From: Fibrobacteria bacterium
Lineage (GTDB): Bacteria; Fibrobacterota; Fibrobacteria; UBA11236; JADFYW01
Assembly: GCA_050294405.1 (NCBI GenBank)
Contig: JBNKOC010000028.1
Location: forward strand, 64,001 to 128,000
Length of the DNA: 64,000 bases
Reading direction: 5' to 3'
Below are positions 38,183 to 45,743 of the stretch, one piece after another. The notes under the pieces are model-generated. The model was not told where the DNA came from. It ran no database searches and saw only the letters and a program-made list of their open reading frames with translations. The translations under genes and the position numbers were made by a program. Position 1 is the first letter of the stretch; every line of letters begins with the position of its first letter.

Positions 38183-39484
38183 ATGAAAAAAGAATTGCTG
38201 CGCCTTTCCCTTCCCCATATTTTCAGTAACGTCACAATTCCACTTTTAAGCTCGGTGGATCTTGGGTTAATGGGGCATGAAGGTGATTCTGCATTTGTGG
38301 GAGCGGTTTCTTTAGGCGCTATGGTTTTTGCTTTTTTGTATTGGAGCTTTGCCTTTTTGCGTATAGGCACATCGGGACTTACCTCCCAGGCTTATGGCCG
38401 CAAAGACAATGCAGAATGCGGCCACATACTTTTCAGGGCCTTAGGCATAGCCTTGCTCACTGGCATACTCATAATTTTGTTCCGGCCTTTGATTTTAAAT
38501 CTGGCTTTTTCCTGGGAATTGGCGGAAGAAAAAGTGGAGTCTCTTTCCAGAACATATTGCAACATCCGTTTTTTAGGCGCTCCAGCAGCCCTTAGTTTAT
38601 TTGCCTTAAATGGTTGGTTTGTGGGCATGCAAAACGCCAGATATCCCATGTATATATTGCTTTTTGTAAACAGCTGCAACATTGTATTGGATGTATTATT
38701 TGTAAAGCATTTTGGTTGGGCAGTGTCTGGGGTGGCCTTGGGCACAGCTCTTTCCAACTACGGGGGCCTTTTCTTGGGTTTGTGGCTGTTGCAAAAAAAA
38801 TACAAGTCTTATTTGCTAACGCCCCCAATTAAAACTTTGCTTTTCCATTCGGGGTTAAAAAAATTATTGAGCCTTAATTTCCATATCTTTTTGCGCACCT
38901 TAATGATAATATGCGTGTTCGCCTATATGCAGTTTAAACCGGCCCAACTCTCCAAAGACTTACTTGCATGTAATGCCATCCTCATGCAATTGGTCTTGTT
39001 TTTTACCTTTTTTGTGGATGGGCTTGCCTATGGGGCGGAATCTCTTTCTGGCAAGTTTATTGGCGCAAAGGACAAAAGCAGTTTTTTGCTTATGCTAAAA
39101 TGGGCCTGTGTTTTTTCTTTGGCAATTGCCCTGGTTTTCTTTTTGAGCTTCGGGTTTTTTGGCCATTACATTGTGAAGCTTATGACCGATCTCCCTCAAG
39201 TGCAATCTTTAGCGGGGCAATATATATGGCTTGCCTCTGCCATGGGGCTTTGCGCCTGGGGCGGATTTTTATGGGACGGCATATATATAGGGGCCACAGC
39301 TTCAAAGGCCATGTTGTTTTCAGTGGGCCTTTCTTTTTTCGGAATTTTTATTCCTGTTGCCTTTTTGCTGGGAAGGGTCGATCCCATGCTGGGAATTTGG
39401 CTGGCATTTAATGGGTTTTTTCTTGGGAGAAGCATCTTCCAAACTATTTGGGCTAAAAGAGTCTTAACTCCGCTCTTTTCCTAA
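38183..39484 (+). CDS. dinF: MATE efflux transporter, DinF-like
   Basis: LSLP.I.SN.TIPLL..VD...MGH, FLRIGTSGLTSQAYG, GW..GMQN, DGLAYGAE. Confidence 0.92.
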   Translation: MKKELLRLSLPHIFSNVTIPLLSSVDLGLMGHEGDSAFVGAVSLGAMVFAFLYWSFAFLRIGTSGLTSQAYGRKDNAECGHILFRALGIALLTGILIILFRPLILNLAFSWELAEEKVESLSRTYCNIRFLGAPAALSLFALNGWFVGMQNARYPMYILLFVNSCNIVLDVLFVKHFGWAVSGVALGTALSNYGGLFLGLWLLQKKYKSYLLTPPIKTLLFHSGLKKLLSLNFHIFLRTLMIICVFAYMQFKPAQLSKDLLACNAILMQLVLFFTFFVDGLAYGAESLSGKFIGAKDKSSFLLMLKWACVFSLAIALVFFLSFGFFGHYIVKLMTDLPQVQSLAGQYIWLASAMGLCAWGGFLWDGIYIGATASKAMLFSVGLSFFGIFIPVAFLLGRVDPMLGIWLAFNGFFLGRSIFQTIWAKRVLTPLFS

Positions 39485-39485
39485 T

Positions 39486-39521
39486 GGGACCTTCAAAAAC
39501 TTTATTTAAAAGTCCCTTTTT
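39486..39521 (+). terminator. Possible intrinsic terminator after the MATE gene
   Basis: GGGAC(C)TT ... AAGTCCC followed by T5. Confidence 0.45.
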
Positions 39522-39528
39522 CGGAAAT

Positions 39529-39705
39529 TTAGCCTCCTGTGCCCAAGTCGCTTCCCAGCTCATCAAAATAAGCCCTCAGAGCCTTTGATGTTTCGGTGCG
39601 GCAAGGCGGAGAACAATAAAAAGGATGTATGGAGGAATCGGACTCAATAAGAGGCGTGTGGCAATATATGCATTTTAATTGAGTTTTTGTCGCTGTAAGT
39701 TTCAT
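39529..39705 (-). CDS. 58-aa Cys4 zinc-finger microprotein (YacG-like pattern)
   Basis: AAGGAGG SD; MKLTATKTQLKCIYCHTPLIESDSSIHPFYCSPPC...; CxxC...CxxxC. Confidence 0.7.
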   Translation of the reverse strand: MKLTATKTQLKCIYCHTPLIESDSSIHPFYCSPPCRTETSKALRAYFDELGSDLGTGG

Positions 39706-39730
39706 AAGGGACCTCCTTTTCTCTTCTATT

Positions 39731-39774
39731 ATTTTATCAACTATATTTTGCAAAGGGAAGTGATTATCGTCACA
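39731..39774 (-). promoter_or_regulatory. CRP-family site plus -10 element for the zinc-finger microprotein
   Basis: Minus strand TGTGA-CGATAA-TCACT (39774-39759); TAAAAT at 39736-39731 places the site centre near -42.5. Confidence 0.6.
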
Positions 39775-39925
39775 ATGGCAAAAAAAAATTATGGAAATCC
39801 CGAAAAAAGCATTATGTAAATAGCACCACAACTTATCGGAGTATAGAGATAGAAGCTTTAGAAGAAATTAAAACTGGGCTAAAAAATGTCCTTGCGGCCA
39901 TCCATTTTTAGAAGTCCAGAATTAA

Positions 39926-40834
39926 TTATTCTTCGGTCTGGAAGGCCGATTTTTGGCCCCTTAGCACGGAATTGCCTTCAAACAACTGGGACTCGTCCAC
40001 TGAATCGGGGCTTAGCCAATCGCTTTCATTAAACTGGCCGCTTTGGCCATACATTCCCAAAGCATTGCCGTAAACCACTTTTTCCACATCGTTTCTGGCC
40101 ACACCCAGCTCTAGCATGAGCTTTGCTGTTTTGGCCACAGATACAGAATCGCTTACACCCCAATCGGCGCTGGAGTCTACAATGATGCGTTCAGAGCCGT
40201 ATTGCTTCACAATATCCACCATGCGCCGGCTGCCCATTTTGGTATTTTTGTAAATAGTAAAAGCAGTCCAGTATCCCCTGTCTAATACTTCTTTGCAGGT
40301 TTCTTCATTGTTGTGGTCAATACAAACCATAGAAGGCTTAATTCCATGTTCTTCAATAATATCCATGGAAAGCTGGGTGCCCTTTTTTTTATCTCTGTGA
40401 GGGGTGTGGATCATCACAGGCATGTTGTATTCTTTGGCTAAATCAAGCTGAGCGCGGAAAAATTTTTCCTCGGCTTTGGTAACATCGTCAAATCCGATTT
40501 CTCCTACGGCTACCACTCCCTCTTTTTGCAGATAGCGAGGCAAAATATCAATAACTTCTTGGGCCAGAGCTTCATTATTCGCTTCTTTGCTGTTTAAACC
40601 TATGGCGCAATAGTGTTTTATTCCAAATTGACCGGCTCTGAACCGCTCCCAGCCCAAAAGAGAAGCGAAATAATCTTTGAAACTTCCAATGTTAGTACGT
40701 GGCTGGCCAACCCAAAAAGCAGGCTCAATAACAGCCACGACGCCGGCTTCTTTCATGGCCATGTAATCGTCGGTGGTGCGAGCGGATAAATGAATGTGCG
40801 GGTCAATTATTTTTAAATCAGAGGATTGGGTCAT
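39926..40834 (-). CDS. eboB: TatD-family hydrolase, EboB type
   Basis: DPHIHLSARTTDDY, VIEPAFWVGQPRT, GLNSKEANN, GEIG, HTPHRDKK, DHNNEET. Confidence 0.88.
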   Translation of the reverse strand: MTQSSDLKIIDPHIHLSARTTDDYMAMKEAGVVAVIEPAFWVGQPRTNIGSFKDYFASLLGWERFRAGQFGIKHYCAIGLNSKEANNEALAQEVIDILPRYLQKEGVVAVGEIGFDDVTKAEEKFFRAQLDLAKEYNMPVMIHTPHRDKKKGTQLSMDIIEEHGIKPSMVCIDHNNEETCKEVLDRGYWTAFTIYKNTKMGSRRMVDIVKQYGSERIIVDSSADWGVSDSVSVAKTAKLMLELGVARNDVEKVVYGNALGMYGQSGQFNESDWLSPDSVDESQLFEGNSVLRGQKSAFQTEE

Positions 40835-41684
40835 TTACATTCTCCCAGTTCAAAGTGCCGTTTTCTATTAGGCTTAGGTAAAAAGGATATTTTTTAATTA
40901 TTTCCTCAGACTGCCCCAGTGGACAATGCTTGAGGGCAAGGGCGCCGCCCTGTCTTTCTTCGGGAAAGGGGCTGGTTAAAGCTTTTTCAAACAGTGGCAA
41001 ATCTTCTTCGTTGGCCAAAAGGCATACGCAACGCCAAAGTTCGGGGTATACTAACCGTTTTGCGGCCCAGCGTTCTTTAGCATAATCAATTAGCATTTGT
41101 TTCAATTTTAGATTGGTTCTTTTTTCCAGTCCGTAAATTTTATACAAATTGGATTCCACAAAGAGTCCCTTTAAAACCATTTGATTCCAGGCGTCTTCTT
41201 CAAAATTTAAAAAGGGGTAGGGATTGTAATGAGCCACAGCTTCGTAATACATTTTGTTGTTGCTGCGCACGGCTTCCCGGGCTCGGTGGTAATGTTGTTC
41301 GGGATGGGCTAAAAGACTATGTGATTTATGGAGGGCTAAAGCCTCGCGCATATCCGAAGAAATCAAAATTTCATCTAAGAGTAAGCTAAAATGCCGGGCA
41401 TCATCTGTGGGGAGGGAAAGTAAAAAATATATTCGGGCGGCTTCATCCAAAGTAAGGTGGCAAGGATAAAACCCTTCCACTTGCAGCCCTGCTTCTTCCA
41501 ATTCTTCATGGCTTAAATTTAAGGCTTCTTTGCCAAGTTTTCGAAAGGCCATACCAAAAACGGGAAAAATTGAATTTTCATTGCTACTGGAGCGGAGCTT
41601 TTGAGCTGTGTCTTGAACCCAATTCCAATTTTCGCCGCTGGTCCTGTCTTTTATCCAACCAGCAAATAGTTCTTTAATTCCCAT
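40818..41684 (-). CDS. eboA: EboA domain protein
   Basis: TLDEAARI, EAVRSN, NPYP...F...AWNQMVLK.LF, DYA.ERWAA.R.V.PELW. Confidence 0.85.
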   Translation of the reverse strand: MGIKELFAGWIKDRTSGENWNWVQDTAQKLRSSSNENSIFPVFGMAFRKLGKEALNLSHEELEEAGLQVEGFYPCHLTLDEAARIYFLLSLPTDDARHFSLLLDEILISSDMREALALHKSHSLLAHPEQHYHRAREAVRSNNKMYYEAVAHYNPYPFLNFEEDAWNQMVLKGLFVESNLYKIYGLEKRTNLKLKQMLIDYAKERWAAKRLVYPELWRCVCLLANEEDLPLFEKALTSPFPEERQGGALALKHCPLGQSEEIIKKYPFYLSLIENGTLNWENVNDPIL

Positions 41685-41878
41685 TATTCCCTAAATTTGA
41701 TTATTAATAAACTAACAATCCAGTTAAAAATTGGAAAATTTTGTGGAAAATTGCTGCTATTCCATGCAATTTTTGGGTGCGGGTTTTTGAAGCAAAGGCT
41801 AAGTTGAAAAGGTGGGCCTTTTGAACAAGGTTTGCTTAAATTTTTTAAAGAAATGCCATTTAGAAAAAGGCCAAATTT

Positions 41879-42304
41879 ATGAAGGTAGATTTCAAAGCTG
41901 CGGCAAAATGCAGTCGTGAGGGATGGTGGAAAACCTTGGTTCAATTCGAAAATTACCACGAATGGAACCCAATTATTTCCAGCCTGGAGGGTGGTCCAGA
42001 GCTCGATTCTAAATTAAATGCCACTTTGCAAATTGTGGGTCAAAGTAAAAAGAAGGCTTCTCTTAGCGTAACGGGCTCAGTTCCTTATAAATATTTGAGC
42101 ATCGTAAAACAAGAAAGTTTAGGGTCCTGGTGGGGCCAGACCGAATTTGTTTTCCGCCATGAAGAAACCCCTGAGGGAGAATTTCAGGTCATTTGCGAAA
42201 TATACTGCCATGGACTTTTTCTTCGTTTTCGCAAAGCCAGCGTGCGCGCCCAGCTGGAAAGAACGGTGAAAAAACTGGGCGAGCGACTTGTGGAGCAACT
42301 TTAA
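41879..42304 (+). CDS. SRPBCC / polyketide-cyclase-like protein
   Basis: W..L..FENY.EWNP.I..LEG motif. Confidence 0.75.
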   Translation: MKVDFKAAAKCSREGWWKTLVQFENYHEWNPIISSLEGGPELDSKLNATLQIVGQSKKKASLSVTGSVPYKYLSIVKQESLGSWWGQTEFVFRHEETPEGEFQVICEIYCHGLFLRFRKASVRAQLERTVKKLGERLVEQL

Positions 42305-42434
42305 AAATTGCCCTCGCAGCCGTGCGCTTCGTTCCACTCTTCCTCAAAATCCTCATTTATAACACATAAACTCCGGTTTCTCGTCATCGTGTGTCTCGCT
42401 CACAACTGCGATCATCAATTTTTTGAGATGTCCC
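42292..42434. mobile_element. MITE-like palindromic element (~143 bp)
   Basis: Degenerate terminal IRs GGAGCAACTTTAAAAATTG / CAATTTTTTGAGATGTCCC (14/19 match); inner IR TCGCAGCCGTGCGC / GCTCACAACTGCGA; no coding capacity. Confidence 0.6.
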
Positions 42435-42462
42435 TAGATTCATTTCAACTTTAAAAACGGCT

Positions 42463-43725
42463 CTAAGCGTTTTTTAAAGCCTGAATCCTTTCAAACAAAC
42501 TGGGGTGGGAATAGTGGTAGGCGCTGTACCAGGCGTGGGGAGTTAAGTTGCTCAAGTTTTTTTCGGCCAGTTTCAAGAGGGCGTTTTCCAAAGTCTCACT
42601 ATCGCCTCTTTGTTCTTTGGCGAAGGCATCCGCTTCGAATTCCTGCTTTCGGCTTCTGTATTTCATAAGCGGGCTCAAAAGAAAAATAAAGCTGGGAAAA
42701 ATAATGGAGGCCAAAAACAATCCCACATATTTTATCTCATTCACATCGCCAGTAAAACCAAATGTTCGGTACAAAACAGGCCATTCAATGGCTTTGCTGA
42801 ACACAAAAAGGCCAATGCCCATAAACAAAATGCTGGTGCCTAACATTTTATATATATGGCCTTTTTTATAGTGGCCCATTTCGTGAGCCAATACGCTTTC
42901 CAATTCATCTACGGTTAATTGATTCACCAAAGTATCGTAAAGCACGATACGCCGGAACTTTCCGAATCCGGTAAAATAAGCGTTGGAATGCGCGCTGCGA
43001 CGGCTGCCATCCATAACATAAATATCCTGAGCCGAAAAGTTGGCTTTTTTGGCAAGGGCCATAAGCCGAGTTTTTAGCTCCCCCTCTTCCAGGGGCTTAA
43101 ATTTGTTAAAAAGGGGCGCCAAAAATATGGGATATATAATTAACATCAGCATTTGGAAGGCCACAATTAAAATAAAGGCGTATACCCACCAGTTCTGTCC
43201 GCTGTTTTCCAAAAACCACAATAATGCTCCAAGCAAGGGAGCCCCAATCACCAAACTTAAGGCGGTTGATTTTAAAGTGTCCACTAAATACAATTTGAAA
43301 GTGGATTTATTAAAGCCAAATTTTTCTTCTAATACAAAAGTGTGGTACAAACTTATGGGCGCTTTTAAAATTTCCAATAAAAACATAACCGAAAAAAAGA
43401 ACAAAATTCCCTGCAGCAAATGAGAATGGCTTATTCCGGCTACATGCTCATGTATATACGGCAAAATGCCCGAAAACAATATAATTAATGTTAAAACTCC
43501 GGATATACATCGGCTCCAAATGTCAAAATTCAAATTTGCAAAAGAGTATTGCCTGGATTTGTCATAGGCTTCAGTGGTTATCTTTTCTTTAAAAAAATCG
43601 GGCACTTTGGGATGGTTTTGGATTTCTTTTTTGTTTAATACATCAAGACCCCAATGTATAAGCCATTCCAAAATAAAAAACGCCAGAAATAAATAAGTAA
43701 ATACGCTAACGCTCATAAAACTCAA
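42463..43725 (-). CDS. M48 zinc metalloprotease, Ste24-type
   Basis: DGSRRSAHSNAYFTGFG, LAHEMGH, SRKQEFEADAFA, NLSNL.P, YSHP...ERI. Confidence 0.96.
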   Translation of the reverse strand: MSFMSVSVFTYLFLAFFILEWLIHWGLDVLNKKEIQNHPKVPDFFKEKITTEAYDKSRQYSFANLNFDIWSRCISGVLTLIILFSGILPYIHEHVAGISHSHLLQGILFFFSVMFLLEILKAPISLYHTFVLEEKFGFNKSTFKLYLVDTLKSTALSLVIGAPLLGALLWFLENSGQNWWVYAFILIVAFQMLMLIIYPIFLAPLFNKFKPLEEGELKTRLMALAKKANFSAQDIYVMDGSRRSAHSNAYFTGFGKFRRIVLYDTLVNQLTVDELESVLAHEMGHYKKGHIYKMLGTSILFMGIGLFVFSKAIEWPVLYRTFGFTGDVNEIKYVGLFLASIIFPSFIFLLSPLMKYRSRKQEFEADAFAKEQRGDSETLENALLKLAEKNLSNLTPHAWYSAYHYSHPSLFERIQALKNA

Positions 43726-45152
43726 ACCTTTGCTTGTTGTGTTAATAGTGATTTTGGCTTTTTGTTTTTAACAAAGGCGTAAAGGCCGTAAAACAAAAAC
43801 AGCCAGGACACTTTGCTTATTACCAGCAGGTCCAGGAAAAAATTCTGATTTTGCAGGTAAAATACATCCATGTCATCATCTGGAAATTTTAGCACACTTG
43901 CCGAGGAAGAAATATTCCAGAGCCCAATTAAACCCGGCTTAATGTTTAGCTTTAATTTTTTTAATTCGTTTAAGTCTTCGTAGGACTCTTCCGTTTCGAT
44001 TTTAGGTCCCACCAAACTGAGGGAACCGTTTAAGACACTCAGCAACTGAGGGTATTTTGTTAATCCTGAAGCGGATAAAAACCGTTGCAGGCGGGAGGAT
44101 TTGCCGTGGCTGGATGCTTTGTATAGGTACACGAGATTGTATGTGGTGAATTTTTTAAGGTTTCGGCCTACACCTGAAATTTTTTCAAACACAAGTTTGT
44201 TACCCGTAACAAAAGTCCCCAGAGCAATTAAAAAAATAAGGGGAGCAAAAATGATTAGCAAAATAAGGCCGAGCCCAATATCCAAACATCGTTTGTAAAA
44301 GCGTTGGCTTAAGCTAAAGCGCATTTGCCTGATGGCTAAAAGGGGAATTCCCTCCAAATCCTGAAGTTTAACTCTGGAAAGGGTTAAGTCTAAAAGAGAA
44401 GGGACCACTTGAAATTGGCAACCCGTTTTCTGACAGATAGATAAAATGGACATGACCTTTTCGGAACTCAAATTGGGAACCGCTATAAATAACTTTTCTG
44501 CCTGGGTGCTGTTAATGATTTGCTCTAAATTTTCTCCCTCTCCAAGTATGGGCTCGGCTAAATGGTTGCCATTTTCTATTGGGTCGGTGATGTATCCATG
44601 GATGTAATACCCAAGCTTTGGTGTTTTGCTGAATTTATAAGCTAACTGTCTGGCTACTATTCCACTGCCGTATATTAGTATACCGGTGTGGGCCACGCCC
44701 ATTTTTGCCAATCTTGAATTAAATTTGAAAAATGAGTAGCGTTCAATAAGCAAAAAAATCAAAATCAAAATCCAGGCGATTATAAAAATTCCTCGGGAAA
44801 AAAACAGGTCGTCCGCCAGGAACAAAACAATCATAGTTACACAACATGCCATAAACCAGGTTTTAACCAAAGCCTGGAACTCCTTGATGTTAAGCATGCT
44901 TCGCTGGGGGTGGTACAAATCCATGACTTCAAAACCGATAAGCAGGCTAATAAGCGAAACCCCAAACAAAAGAGAATACCTTTGGTAATGGACCTTTTCG
45001 TACATGTCCACTGATAGCAGGGGGCCTAAAATATCCCAGAGGTAATAGGCTAAAACAAAGCTGAGCGAAATAGTCAGAAAATCCAAAAAAACATGAAATA
45101 TGGTTAAAATCAGGTGGTAATGAGGCCACTTTTTGATTTCTGGCTGTTCCAT
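43722..45152 (-). CDS. WcaJ/WbaP-like polyprenyl-phosphate phosphoglycosyltransferase with degenerate catalytic motifs
   Basis: Four N-terminal TM helices, CoA-binding-like domain (IYGSG), KRCLDI, PQLL.VL.G.LSLVGP, KPGLIGLW, D..Y......LDL. Confidence 0.8.
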   Translation of the reverse strand: MEQPEIKKWPHYHLILTIFHVFLDFLTISLSFVLAYYLWDILGPLLSVDMYEKVHYQRYSLLFGVSLISLLIGFEVMDLYHPQRSMLNIKEFQALVKTWFMACCVTMIVLFLADDLFFSRGIFIIAWILILIFLLIERYSFFKFNSRLAKMGVAHTGILIYGSGIVARQLAYKFSKTPKLGYYIHGYITDPIENGNHLAEPILGEGENLEQIINSTQAEKLFIAVPNLSSEKVMSILSICQKTGCQFQVVPSLLDLTLSRVKLQDLEGIPLLAIRQMRFSLSQRFYKRCLDIGLGLILLIIFAPLIFLIALGTFVTGNKLVFEKISGVGRNLKKFTTYNLVYLYKASSHGKSSRLQRFLSASGLTKYPQLLSVLNGSLSLVGPKIETEESYEDLNELKKLKLNIKPGLIGLWNISSSASVLKFPDDDMDVFYLQNQNFFLDLLVISKVSWLFLFYGLYAFVKNKKPKSLLTQQAKV

Positions 45153-45257
45153 AGGCAAATAATTTAGGCATTTTATCGAATTATTGAAATATGGCAGTAT
45201 ATTTATGGCGGACACTCAATTTATTGAGTACTATAAGACTATAGTAGGGAGGTGGTT

Positions 45258-45743
45258 ATGCAAAGAAATGCTATGCTAGCGTTTTGCCGGTTTTCCGGTA
45301 TTTTGCTTCTATTGATATCTTCCTCTTTTTCCTCAAAACAAAAAGTTTTTTTAGTCTTAAAAGAGCCCCTCAGGGACGACAACTCTGTGGTGGTTCGCCT
45401 CAGCAACCAGATGGAAGAAAATATCGAGCTGGAAGAGCAGCCCGAAACTCAGAATTTCGAAAACTTCCCTGGTTTTAATATTGTTTTTCAAAAATCCCGG
45501 AACCACTCCAAGCAGCGCATTATGGTTGAATTGCCTCAGGATGGAATGGTGAAGCTGGAAGTCTTTGATTTTTACGGGCGTCGTTTAGGAAGTTTTTACA
45601 ATGGATATCACGGTTCCGGGGTTTTGGTTTTGGATGAGGACGAAACCTGGAAATTTTTTAACCAATTTCATGGGGTTGCTTATTTTACGCTCAGTTTAGA
45701 CGATATTGTGGTATCGCGCAAACTGGTAGCAAAAATGGAGTAA
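45258..45743 (+). CDS. Small exported protein with a T9SS-CTD/FlgD-like beta domain
   Basis: GGAGG SD, signal peptide, ELPQDG.VKLEVFDFYGRRL...G...G..F..L....V.RKL pattern. Confidence 0.65.
   Translation: MQRNAMLAFCRFSGILLLLISSSFSSKQKVFLVLKEPLRDDNSVVVRLSNQMEENIELEEQPETQNFENFPGFNIVFQKSRNHSKQRIMVELPQDGMVKLEVFDFYGRRLGSFYNGYHGSGVLVLDEDETWKFFNQFHGVAYFTLSLDDIVVSRKLVAKME

Noticed and set aside
39706..39831. N-terminal 42 codons of the 100-aa track ORF
   Set aside because: The strong SD precedes ATG 39705 and the extension covers the promoter/CRP site
41684..41959. 91-aa minus-strand ORF upstream of eboA
   Set aside because: Overlaps the SRPBCC gene on the opposite strand, spans a divergent promoter and has no recognisable motif
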